Source: Octopus vulgaris (lineage: Eukaryota). From it: a stretch of DNA of 64,000 nucleotides. Numbering within the stretch: the stretch's first letter is position 1; each line of letters starts with the position of its first letter. The notes beneath the pieces were generated by a model that did not search any database, was not told the origin of the DNA, and saw only the letters and a program-made list of their open reading frames with translations. Position numbers and translations under genes: made by a program. The stretch lies in assembly GCA_951406725.2 (NCBI GenBank), contig OX597836.1, positions 32,302,001 through 32,366,000 of the forward strand, read 5' to 3'. Positions 29,589 to 42,810 of the stretch are shown in pieces.

Positions 29589-29678
29589 CCTTTCTTTTAG
29601 ATGTATGCAACTGGTGAGTATAACTTCCTATCTGTCCAACGTAAAGAATTTGGTCAGTGTAAACATAATGCAATAAAG

Positions 29679-29780
29679 TGTCCCCCTGAAGAACTGTTAT
29701 TGTTCAGCATCCAATTTCACTTGAAGCAGTCACTGCAGATGATACAAATAATGACAGTGGTGAAACATATGTAGGGAACA
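29679..29780 (+). ncRNA. Type I hammerhead ribozyme-like motif (Penelope-type, palindromic stem III)
   Basis: Stem I TGTCCCC/GGGAACA; CUGAAGA 29686-29692; long stem II; GAAA 29762-29765; palindromic ACAUAUGU; cleavage triplet GUA (A29773). Confidence 0.65.
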
Positions 29781-29815
29781 AATGATATAAACTGCGTCTC
29801 CTCTTTGTCATATTT

Positions 29816-29854
<39 letters not shown>

Positions 29855-29868
29855 TAAGTATATGTATG

Positions 29869-29919
<51 letters not shown>

Positions 29920-29959
29920 CATACATATACACATATATAAACACACACATATATATATA

Positions 29960-30624
29960 GGTCAGCGGATCCATTTCAAGAAGAAGATCAAGAAACTTCC
30001 TGAGAAAAATGAAAAGTGGAACGGCTATTGGGAGGTAACTGCAGATTTACCTGGGTGCCAGGTTTTCTTTCCCATCCCAGTTTTGAAAAGACCAGATATT
30101 TTGATGTGGTGTAATAGAAAGAAAGTTGTAAATATAGTCGAGCTAACGGTTCCTCATGAAGATAATATGGACGCCACTCGGGCTCGAAAATTGAACCGTT
30201 ATGAAAACCTTCTCGAGGAATGTGAAGATGCAGGCTAGAAAGCGGAACATTTTCCTATCAAAGTCGGATGTAGAGGGTTTGTTGGACACAGCGTGAGACA
30301 ACTGTTGTTATCGCTAGGCCTAACTCATCATAAAGTCAATACCACCATGACTGATATCCAATCTACAGTGGAGAAGGCTAGCCACTGGATTTGGTTAAAA
30401 AGAGACGATGAGCGATGGCTAAAAGTATATTGAGTTCTTCATAACCAGCTGATCTAGCAAGCGGGGCCTCATATCAGTGAGGGGGGCCGGTGCGCATTGA
30501 TGCCATCGAGAGGTAGGCCCTGAAATGGCGCGCATTCTCTCCTGATGACCCCATACACTTGCTAGCTTCCGGTATATGGAGCTTTTAACTGGTAGCACTT
30601 GCATGTGCAAGTTGTTTGCAAGAC
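29960..30624 (+). mobile_element. 3' end of Hero-like RLE LINE
   Basis: KRPDILMW..KVVNIVELTVPHEDN..RKLNRYENLLEECEDAG*KAEHFPIKVGCRGFVG..VEKASHWIWLKR; one stop at 30236. (TA)n on both sides. Confidence 0.8.
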
Positions 30625-30656
30625 ATATATATATATATATATATATAGATATATAT

Positions 30657-30689
<33 letters not shown>

Positions 30690-30698
30690 AATATATAT

Positions 30699-30765
<67 letters not shown>

Positions 30766-31442
30766 CATATATATATATACATATATGTATATATATATAC
30801 ATACATATACATATATATATACATATATTTTCACACACACACATACACATATATATATATACATATATCATATTTTTTACATAAATATATATATATATTA
30901 TATCTATGGGATAGGTTGATCTCTATTAAATGTTAATTAAGTTGTAGCTTAAATTCTGGTGGAATGCTATTGTAGAATGTCTTTATTAAGTTTGGAGTTG
31001 TATTCTTGTTCTGAGTTCAATCATGTATGTTAAGCTTTGTAATCAGGTGTATCTGCTGCTTTAGGTGTTGGGAATGCTTTTTCGTAGTTCAGAAAAGAAT
31101 ACAAGTTTGTGATAAGATTAGCTGGTCATCAGATGTGTAACAAGATTTTGTTGTTGCTGGTGTTATTTAAATATTAATTGGAAATTTTACCTGTTGGGTT
31201 TTGGAATAGTGAATATCTGTGCTGAGAAAAACAACGAAGAATTTTCAAACCCTATGCTAGAATCTAATCAAATTTATTCATAAAAAGTTATTTCAAATTT
31301 GAATGTGGTTGAGATTTTACTTGTCAAAGAATGGCTTACCATCTCTGATTGTATAAAGTCACTAAACACATGAGAAATAGCAGCTAAATGTCCCTTAAGT
31401 CCAATCATATCTTTTCTAAAACATGAAGAGCACAGGGTGGGC

Positions 31443-31662
31443 CAGGCGGTGAACTAGCAGAATCATTAACACACCAGGCAAAATGCTTAGCGGTATTTTC
31501 TTTATCTTCATGTTCTGAGTTCAAATGTTGCTGAGGTCAACTTTGCCTTTCATCTTTCTGGGACACTGGGGGTTGATGTAATCAATTTAGCCCCTTCCCC
31601 CAAATTGCTGGTGTTGTGCCAAAATTTGAATCATCATCATCATCATCATCATCATTATTTTT

Positions 31663-31702
<40 letters not shown>

Positions 31703-32078
31703 CTGCTACCACTATTACTAAGGCAGTGAACTGGCAGAATCATTAGCACGCCAGGCAAAATACGTAGCAGTATTTCACCCATTGCTACGTTCTGAGTTCA
31801 AATTCCACTGAGGTCAACTTTGCCTTTTGTCCTTTCAGGATCACTAAATTAAGTACCAGTGAAACACTGGGGTAAATGTAATCGACTTGTCCCCTCCCCC
31901 AAAATTTCAGGCCTTGTGCCTATAATAAAAAGAATTATTATTAATATTTCGCCAAGGTCAACTTTGTCTTTCATCCTTTCAGGATCAATAAATTAAGTAC
32001 CAGTGAAACACTGGGGGTCAATGTAATCGACTATTCCCCTTTGCACAAATTTCTGGCCTTGTACCTACAGTAGAAAGG

Positions 32079-32080
<2 letters not shown>
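31443..32080 (+). mobile_element. Cluster of SINE family B
   Basis: Heads at ~31443 and 31719, partial unit at ~31950; separated by (ATT/ATC)n. Confidence 0.85.
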
Positions 32081-32123
<43 letters not shown>

Positions 32124-32138
32124 GTAATAATAATAATA

Positions 32139-32186
<48 letters not shown>

Positions 32187-33231
32187 TATTATTCATTTTG
32201 ACCCACTTTGTATAATGTACTTTAGATTGGGAAGAAAATAATGAAACTGGATGGCCACAGCTGGAATAGCTTTGGTGATAGATGATTGATGGGGTTGAAG
32301 TAAGCAACAATTACAACAACATAATGCTATTAAATTTGAAATGCTTGATTACTAAAATGGAACTCGGCTTGATTTAAAGCTCTTGGGAACACTCATAAAT
32401 CAAAAACACATGCACACATATTCAAACACACACACATACTCACACATGAATACTTATATGAACATATGCACGTGGATAATATATACATGCACTCATAAAC
32501 AGTGGCACACATACACACACAATTATATACATATACACACACAATTATACCCACATACAGACACATATACATACACATGCAAAGACATACATATACACAT
32601 ACATACGCAAATAAACATATGCACAATAACACACATATATATCCACACACCTGTACATACACATGCATTCACAGTGAATATGCATACACACATATATATA
32701 TAGTCATGCATGTATGCATATATACACACACACACACACACATATACATACACACAAATACACATGGATACGCACACAAGCATACACATATATCCACACA
32801 CTTGTACATATACATATGCATTCACACTAAACACACATACACACAAACATGTACTCACACATATATCACATGCACATACACACACTCATAAACATATATC
32901 ACACCCTTGAACATACATATCTGCAATCGTATTCAACACACACATACATATACTCATGCATGTATATGTATACACATATGCACACCCAAATACACAGAGA
33001 TACACTTACAAACACACACATCTATGCACGCATATATATAGGCACAGGTGTGGCTGTGTGGTAAGAAGCTTGCTTACCAACCACATGGTTCTGAGTTCAG
33101 TCCCACTGTGTGGCACCTTGGACAATGTCTTCTATAGCTTTGGGCTGACCAAAGCCTCATGAGTGGATTTTGTAGACAGAAACTGGAAGATGTCTGTTGC
33201 ATAAATATATGTGTGTGTGTGTGTGCAAAAT

Positions 33232-33434
33232 GTGACCGCGCATGTACCATTGGCGATTTTTTTTCCTCTGTCTTCCCTTCTCTGGATCTTTCCTTCTCCT
33301 ATGTTTCCGACGAAGAGCTCTGCTCAAAACGTTAAACCCTCCTTCTTTCCTTCTTTCCTGAGCGTCCAATAATACTATATTTGTTCCATTTCCTCGCGTT
33401 GGTTGTTTTTTTGTGCTTTCATGTTTGGATTAAC

Positions 33435-33435
<1 letters not shown>
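33232..33435 (+). mobile_element. Second copy of the PLE-LTR-like repeat with hammerhead-like motif
   Basis: GTTT-CCGACGA-AGAGCTCTGCTC-AAAACGTT-AAAC at 33303-33337, followed by (TA)n. Confidence 0.6.
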
Positions 33436-33507
<72 letters not shown>

Positions 33508-34654
33508 CACCGTCAGTGGATCATATATCCATAAAAGAAGCACACTCTAAAAGTTAGAGCAGTGATGAGTTTACTCAAGATCGATTATATGGTCGTAGAG
33601 TGACCAATGGCTTCAGAAATGCTTATGAATTTGAAACCATTGGTCAATTTATGACCAGCTATATAATCAACCTTCTGTAAATATATATAATCTTTTCTAC
33701 TCTAGGCACAAGGCCTGAAATTTTGGGGGAGAGTCCAGTAGATTAGATCTACCTCAGTATGCAACTGGTACTTAATTTATCAACCTCAAAAGGATGAAAG
33801 ACAAAGTTGACCTTGGCAGAATTTGAACTCAGAATGTAAAGACAGACAGAATACTGCTAAGCATTTCGCTCAGCATGCTAACGTTTCTGCCAGCTCACCA
33901 CATTAATAAATATATATATATGATAGACAGAAATAAAGGGTTATGTACATACATTTATTTAAAATAGGCTTACAGCTATTTCTGATATGCAAAGTGTTCA
34001 TTGATAGTTAACAAGTTGGATGTGGTGCTGAAGAAGCAATAACTTTTGAGATATGCATATACACTCATTACCTAAAGCCTTGTGAGTAGATTTGGTAGCT
34101 GGAAACTGGAAGAAGCCTGTTGCATTTAGATGTGTGGTATGTATGTGTGTGTCTTTGTGTCTGTGTTTCTACCCCTCCCCCATCATTGCTTGACAACTGG
34201 TGTTGGTGTATTTACATTCCCATAACTTAGTGGTTCAGCAAAAGAGACTGATAGAATAAGTACTAAGCTGAAAAAATATCCTGGGTCGATTTATTTAACT
34301 AAAACCCCTCAAGGCAGTGCTCCTGCATGGCCACAGTCGAATGATTGAATAAAAGAATATACTCATATACAATCATATGCTCCTCCTTCAAGACACCTAT
34401 TTCTAACCACCTCCATTCATACTCTAATCTCTCATCTCTTGGCACAAAGCCACTACCTCCGCCACCTCAATACTGTTTCCTCCCTCAGTTGAAGGATCTG
34501 TTATTTGGTTACCTCACTGATGCCAGTGCCACATAAAAAGCACTCAATACACTCTGTAATGTGGTTGGCAGTAGGAAGCAGGACATCCAGCTGTAGAAAC
34601 TTTGCCAAATCAGACAGCAAGGATTGGTGCAGTCTTCTCACTTGCCAGCTCTTT

Positions 34655-35062
34655 TATTCTTTATTGCCCTCAAGGGGCTAAACATAGAGGGGACAAACAA
34701 GGACAGACAAAGGGATTAAGTCAATTATACTGACCCCAGTGCGTAACTGGTACTTAATTTATCGAAACCGAAAGGATGAAAGGCAAAGTCGACCTTGGCG
34801 GAATTTGAACTCAGAATGTGACAGCACACGAAAAACCTATTTCTTTACTACCCACAAGGGGCTAAACACAGAGAGGACAAACAAGGCCAGACATAGGTAT
34901 TAAGTCGATTATATCGACCCCAGTGCGTAACTGGTACTTATTTAATCAACCCTGAAAGGATGAAAGGCAAAGTCGACCTCGGCGGAATTTGAACTCAGAA
35001 CGTAACAGCAGACGAAATACGGCTAAGCATTTCGTCCAGCATGCTAACGTTTCTGCCAGCTC
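34655..35062 (-). mobile_element. Dimeric SINE family B variant
   Basis: One head plus two core/alternative-tail units (GGGGCTAAACA.AGAG.GGACAAACAAGG). Other B copies: 2846-3190(-), 3230-3790(-), 3815-4003(-), 8019-8220(+), 20422-20610(-), 33690-33905(-), 59065-59278(-). Confidence 0.85.
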
Positions 35063-35648
35063 TTATCATACCATTCTGCCCATGTTGCCATGAAAGACGG
35101 ATGTTAAATGGTGATGGTGATGATGATGATGATGAGGATAAGGAGGGGGATTGTGGTGGTGGTGGTGGTGATGATGACAAACATACACACAATAAGCACA
35201 CACACTCACACACACACACAATAAATGCACATGCCTTGGTAAAAATACACACAGAGTATACTTACACAAACAAACAAACACATTTAATATTTTGTATGTT
35301 CTTTTCACAAGAACAACAACGACAAAGAATGGCAAAAACAAAATGACAAAAAAAAACAAGAAAAAAAAGATACTGAAGTGCAGACAGCTGTAATTATGTT
35401 AATTATTCTACTGACAAACAGCTTAATGAAGAAGCTTTTATTTCACTGCATCTCTGTTTGCACATGCATGCACAGTTGCATTTTCAACTTGAGATTTTAA
35501 AAAGAGAGGAAAAAAGAGAATGCTTCAATCTGATCCAGACATCTTTGCAGAGGAAATTTCCCAGAAAAATTGAAAATAAAAAAAAGATCAGATCACAGAC
35601 AAAGAAAAAAAAACATTTAAATGTCAAAATATGTTAAAGCTTCACACA

Positions 35649-36105
<457 letters not shown>

Positions 36106-37237
36106 TTACAGACAAATGTTTCATAACCTTTAATCTTACTCTCTGTGGTACTACAAAGTAACACTAACATCAACAAGTAAGCTCTCCTCAGATCATGTTC
36201 TGTGTGTTTTTCTATGTTGTTCCTTGACATACAAGAAGCAGAAATTAAATTTCTCTCAAGAGATATTTTTGATAAATAAGTAACAGACTTAAGATTAGAG
36301 TAAGTAACAAAGTAACAAAGTTAAGCATTAGTACAGGGTACTAGTACTCATGCTGATATATATATATCAGAGGTAACTCCAGGTCATCAGTGTCAGTTGG
36401 ACTCATCACAGATTTCGAATAAGACACATGCCTGCTCAAAGAATTTCACATTTTTCTGCAATGTTTCTTGCCACAAACTGTTTATTTTTTTTATATCTGG
36501 CACTATGTCTTTCTCCATTTCTAAGTTAAGGGTAAAAATAAAGCAATCCTGCAACACATAACTGATTTTTGCACACAAAAGCACAGAATAACAGCAATCA
36601 AATAACAATAGCTGAGTCCACAACAGACATGATGATCTGACTGTCACCTGTACTCTTGACAACAGATGCCAGTTAGTCTTTTACACTTACCAGGCTTGTT
36701 CATATTAGCCCATGTTGCTGGATAATTTTAAGAATATTGTACAATGGAAACTTTTCATAGATTGGAATTTAAACCCTAATCTCTATAGAACTTTATTGTT
36801 TCAAACATTGAATTTGAATTACTTTTAATTTTTACAATTATAAATAACAACTCAGGCTGTAACTTCTGAGCCCGAGTCAGGTGCATGTGAATGATGTCAA
36901 GAGAACGTCTGCTATGAATGATATTTTTTGACACAAGGCACCCCTAAGATGACTGCCAGACTGAATGAAAATATATGAAGTGCGATCAGGCTCAATAAAA
37001 GGAGCCTGAGTTATTGGTTGCATTATGTTTTTTAAAGCCAAATTATATCTTCAAAGATAAATACATATTTCTATCTATTTTTTTTACCTTAAAAATTAAA
37101 AATTAAATATTTAACATAGTAAATGTGTTGTAGGAAATAATCCTAATGTTTTAAGTTTATAATTTAGTTAATGGACTTTTTTCTATAAGAAAAATTATTG
37201 TTTAACTCTATTTGCTTAATTATTTAACTATTATCCT

Positions 37238-37340
37238 TAACCTGAAGATTGACTATAATTTTAAATCGAATTTATTTCAATTGAATTTAAACTTAATTGT
37301 GATTCGAATATAATTGTAGCCATGAAACGTATGTAGTATT
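37238..37340 (+). ncRNA. Hammerhead ribozyme-like motif
   Basis: CUGAAGA 37242-37248; stem II TGACTATAATT/AATTGTAGCCA; GAAA 37324-37327; near-palindromic ACGUAUGU; GUA. Stem I is weak. Confidence 0.5.
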
Positions 37341-37986
37341 TTAAATATTATATCATATTTATCATTCATTTTATACTTTTTGAGATCTAGTTATAAGTTA
37401 TATATTTAAAAAGAAAAATTTATATATATATATATATATATATTGGTTATTTAAGTATTGGTTTCTGTCTATCACTGTTTGAGTTGCATAATAGTGGTTT
37501 TATCTCTAATTTATATTTTATATATTTATACTGTGAAATTTGATTTAATACTAAACTGAATTTTTCCCTGTAAGTTTGGAGTTATACTCCCTAATATTAT
37601 TATATTATTATTATTTTATATATATACATATATATATAATGGGGGAGGCTGGTTTATGGGGTTACCCTAGGTTTTTCTGCGGTCACCGAAAAGCATGAAG
37701 GTAAACAATTGTCTCTCTTCGGCCTTGGCTACAAACAATATACATACATATATATGTGTGTGTGCATGTATACATACAATCATATATATGTAAGTGTATG
37801 TAAGTATATATATATATACCATCAGTGGATCATGTATCCATAGAAGAAGCACACTCTAAAAGTTAGTGCAGTGATGTGTTTACTTGAGGTCGATTATATG
37901 GTCATGGAGTGAACAATAGCTTCACAAGTGCGTATGGATGTGAAACCATTGGTCACTCTATGACCAGCTATATAATCAGCCTCTTG

Positions 37987-38041
<55 letters not shown>

Positions 38042-39344
38042 ATATAATAGATAGAAATAATGGGTTACATACATTTATTTATTTGAAATAGACTTGCAGA
38101 TGTTTCTGATATGCAATGTGTTCATTGATAGGTAATGGGTTCGATGTGGTGCTGAGGAAGCAGCACAAACTATTGAAATATGCATTCCCTATTTTTCCCT
38201 ACACCATCATTCCCTATTTTTCTGTCTTTGACAGTATTGTTGACATACATGTATTTGTATATGAAGTGTTCTAACTTTCAGTGCTGATACTAAATTCCAT
38301 AGAAAACCTGTAGAAATAACTTTAAAAAAGTGGTTGAATTGCACTGCTAACACAGATAGAACACAGTATTGACTTATAAGTTTTTAATATACTTGATATT
38401 ATATTATGGTTGCGTAATGATGTACAATGTCCCTACCAGTAAGTAATATATGTATATATATATTTATACACTGACATAGACACACAGACACACACAAACA
38501 TTTACATACATAGTATATAGGTAAATAAATATTATCAAATTTTGTTTACATAGTGTCTTACACTTACCCGGACTTCTGTTCTTTTAATGACAGTTAACTT
38601 TATTAGTGCCTACAACATACTTTGAGTTATTTACTTGCAGCACATACCTGTATATCTTCATACCACAGCCACTACATCTCGAACTATAATTAAGAAATAT
38701 CGTTAACACTTCTGTCAGTCATACAACTTCAGGTGTTTTAAGTGCAATATATATTTAATAACATATATAAATTTTAATAATATTCTTTCATTTATTTTCT
38801 ATTGACAATTCCCAAAGAAACAGTCTCTCACCACTCACTGAACATTCAACTTTACAATATGATGAATATGTTTATTTTCTTTAAAAATAATAATTCATTT
38901 TCTTTTTCTGTTTTGTATTTTATATATCTATTTATTTATCAGTTTGTTTTATTTTTGTAATATTTATTTTTAAAATATAAAAGATAGCAATATATCTTAT
39001 AACGTATCAATTTCTATGCTTGAATGAAAAGGAGAGAAAAATCCATATTGTGATGCAGTCTTCTTTTTGTCTTAACTTCTTCCACCTCCTATTTACTGAC
39101 AGACAAAAGTAATTTTATAAAAAATAATCTCATATATATATTATGAAGACAGATACAATTTATTTTTTTTTTAGTTAATACCTAAGTAAAAGACAACATA
39201 GAAATAACAAGATTTTATACTTAAGAAAGATTTCATACTTTAACATACACAACTAGTTATGTCAAATTGAGAGCAGGAAAAAATGTCAAATCTGCATAGT
39301 AAATCTGAAAAGATCTATAAAAGATATCCGAGATCTCAAAATGA

Positions 39345-39375
<31 letters not shown>

Positions 39376-39520
39376 TGTATGTATGTATGTATGTATGTAT
39401 GTATGTATGTATGTATGTATGTATATATGTATGTATATATATACACACACATATATATATATATATACACACAGACACATATTCATATGTGTATATATAT
39501 TCATATATATACACATATGC

Positions 39521-39568
<48 letters not shown>

Positions 39569-39594
39569 ATACACACACACATACATAATATTCT

Positions 39595-39890
39595 GTTATT
39601 CTTTTCCTTGTTTCAGTCATTTGACTGTGGCCGTACTCAAGCACCACCTTTAGTCGAACAAACTGACTCCAGGACTTATTCTTTGTAAACACACTAACAT
39701 ATATATATAGATGTGTGTATATGTGTAAGTATATCAGGCTCCATTCAGTTTTCATCTACCAAATCCACTCACAAGGCTTTGGTTGGCCCAGGGCTATAGC
39801 AGAAGGTACTTGCCGAAAGTGGCACACAGTGGAACTGAACCTGGAACCATGTGGTTTGGAAGCAAACCTCTTACCACACAGCCACGCCTA
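39595..39890 (-). mobile_element. SINE family A (deleted)
   Basis: Reverse complement of head and tail. Further partial copies: ~19968-20110(-), 26775-27140(-), 27618-27776(-), 33040-33230(+), 34075-34360(+), 50670-50870(-). Confidence 0.85.
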
Positions 39891-40439
39891 CACTATATAT
39901 ATATATATGTGGCACATAAAAAGCACCCAGCTCACTCTGTTAAGTGGTTGGATGGTTGGTTGATATTAGGAAGAATTTCCACCTACAGAAACGAAGCCAC
40001 AACAGACAACTGGAGTCTGGACAGCTCCCAATTGGAATCTGGCAAGCTCCATATCAAATCATCCAATCCATGTCAGCATGGTAAGCAGACATTAAACGGT
40101 GATGATGATGATGATGATCAATAAACAAGCTTTAAATGTGGTCCAATCAATGTGCTGCTTAATTTATGTTTTTCTCCGTTTTCTAATTATTTGTATTGGT
40201 TCCTGACAAACCTTTTTGTTTATCCTATTGTCATCTGTGCTCGATGTAAATGGTGTCCCTACACACCATTGCCTAGGGATAACACAGGTAATGGATACTG
40301 ATAGTATGTATGGATATTTTATCCCCTAGTTGGTTACTACAACCGCTTACTCTCTCTATCTCTCTCTCTCTCTCTTTCTCTCTCTATATATGTGTGTGTG
40401 TGTGTGTGTATTTCGATGAATGGATGGATGGATGGATGT

Positions 40440-42000
40440 TAATTGTTAGTGACAAAAGCAGTATTAATATCAAGAAGTAATCTTCATATCCAATTTAACA
40501 TGGATGCCTTGTTAAATCACCATATACTAATTTATTAGCAATGAGAGATGCCCTCATTTAGGTGTTTGTTGCATAAAGGCACATAGATAGACTGTAACAG
40601 AAGAAATTATCTGTCATGGGTGCCAGAATTCCCATATCATGGGATTTCAGTTTATCAGACCTCTTCAGTGGGAAGCATTGGTCACTTCACATCAGTCAGA
40701 TATTGCTGCTATGATATTTAGAATTTCAACATCTTTTCAAACACTGATGTCGCAAATAGCCAGCAGGCTTATTAAAAATTAATTATTAGCAATGGAAGCT
40801 GTATTAATATCAAAAGGTATAAATATCCAACTTAACATGGAAGCCTTGTTAGAACGCTAAATATTGCATTATAATCCTCTTGAGATAGTTACTTGGTGCA
40901 GAAAAACACACACATAAATTGTAGCAGACAAGACTTGTTCTGTGATGGGTATTGGAATTCCAACATCACATTATTTCATTCTACTGGAGATCATCAGTGA
41001 GAGGTGACCACTCACCACATGTCAGTCAAACTTGCTGCTAAGATATGTAGAATATCAGCATCTTTCCAGACACTGATGTCACAAACAGCCAGCAAGCTTA
41101 TTAAAAAAAAATTAATTGTAATTTTTACATGCCACTGGTGTAGGAGTGGCTGTGTGGTAAGTAGCTTGCTTACATACTGCATGGTTCTGGGTTCAGTCCC
41201 ACTGCATGGCACCTTGTGCAAGTGTCTTCTACTATAGCCTCGGGCTGACCAAATCCTTATAGTGGATTTAGTAGACTGAAACTGAAAGAAGCCCATCGTA
41301 CATATGTATATGTATGTGTGTGTATATATGTTTGTGTGTCTGTGTTTGTTCCCCCCAACATCGCTTGACAACTGATGCTGGTGTGTTTACATCCCCGTAA
41401 CTTAGCGGTTCGGCAAAAGAGACCGATAGGATAATTATTAGGCTTACAAAGAATAAGTCCTGGGGTCAATTTGCTTGACTAAAGGCGGTGCTCCAGCATG
41501 GCCGCAGTCAAATGACTGAAACAAGTAAAAGAGTAAAGAGAGTAATAGAAGCAGTATGACTACCAAAAGGCAATCTTTATTTCCAGCTTGACCTGGATGC
41601 CTTGTTAGAACAATAAATACTGCATTTTTAGCCTTGGGAGATCCTCTCATTTAGGGGCTTGATGCAAAAAGGCACACACATAAATTGTAGCAGATGAAAT
41701 TTGTCTGTCATATACACCAAAATTCTCACATCATGTGATTTCAGTCTATTGGATTTCCTGAGTTGGATGCACTGGTCACCTCACACCAGTCAGATCTTGC
41801 TGTTACGATATTTAGAATTCAACATCTTTTTGGATTCTGATGTTGCAAATAGCCCGAAGGATAATTAAAAATTAATCATTTGTAATTAAAGCTGTATTAA
41901 TACCAAAGGATAATCTTTATATCCAACTAAATATGGATGCCTTGTTGGAAAACCATATTCTACAATTATTAACCTTGAGAGATCCTCTCATTTAGGCATT
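40440..42000 (+). repeat. ~340-bp tandem repeat (3 units plus a partial unit) split by a SINE
   Basis: AAGC(A/T)GTATTAATATCAA..CATGGATGCCTTGTT..CTGATGTCGCAAATAGCC..TTATTAAAAATTAAT recurs at ~40455, 40795, 41550 and 41890. Confidence 0.85.
41137..41545 (+). mobile_element. SINE family A
   Basis: Same consensus. Confidence 0.9.
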
Positions 42001-42149
42001 TGGAGTGGATACTATCGACTTGTACCCTACCCACCAGAAAAAATAATTTGCTGGCCTTGTGTCAAAATTAGAAAGAATGCTTATACTAGGATATCTAATT
42101 TATAAAAGTCATGCAAAATGTATTGACAGATAATTTGAAATTTTCAGAA

Positions 42150-42467
42150 TAGATGCCAGTGCCACCTGACTGGCAACCATGCTGGTGGTACGTAATAAGC
42201 ACCATTCAAGCGTAGGTCGATGCCAGTGTCATCTGTCTGGCTTCCCATGCCAGTGGCATGTAAAAAGCTCCATCCAAACATGGTTGATGCCAGTGCCTCC
42301 TGATTGGCTCCCATGCTGGTGGCACGTAAAAAGCATCCACTACACTCTCAGGATGGTTGGTGTTAGAAAGGGCATCCAGCTGTAGAAACCTTGCCACTCC
42401 TCAGTCAAACCATCCAATCCATGCCAGCATGGAAAATAGATGTTAAAACAATGACGATGATGATGAT
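42150..42467 (+). mobile_element. RTE 3' UTR fragment with three ~65-bp modules
   Basis: GATGCCAGTG(C/T)C..TG..TGGC..CCATGC..GTGG.A.GTAA.AAGC three times, then the standard tail. Confidence 0.75.
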
Positions 42468-42753
42468 TTATGAGCATTTGAGAAAAGTGAGAAAGGAAAC
42501 GAAAGAATAGGAGATGGGGAATAGGAAGAAATTCAGAGATAAGAGAGGAAGAAAAAGATGAGAGAGAAAAAGAGAGGGGGAGAGAGACGTAGTGGAAGAA
42601 GGAAAAGGAAGAAAGGAAAAGCAAAAGATGATGGGAAATGAATAATGAGTGTAAAAAGAGACAAAGTGAGACTAAAGGATGGAGGGAGAAATTGATATTT
42701 TTTGACACGTATATACACGTATGTATTCTTAAGTGTATTTGTGCATGTGTGTA

Positions 42754-42804
<51 letters not shown>

Positions 42805-42810
<6 letters not shown>

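Noticed and set aside
30900-31330. Possible degenerate retroelement coding remnant
   Set aside because: I could not recover convincing motifs by eye.
36393-36662. 89-aa minus-strand ORF in unique sequence
   Set aside because: No recognisable domain, a non-ATG start, and a length expected by chance.
42733-42804. N-terminal extension of the 396-aa ORF
   Set aside because: Read-through of (TA)n; not part of the element.
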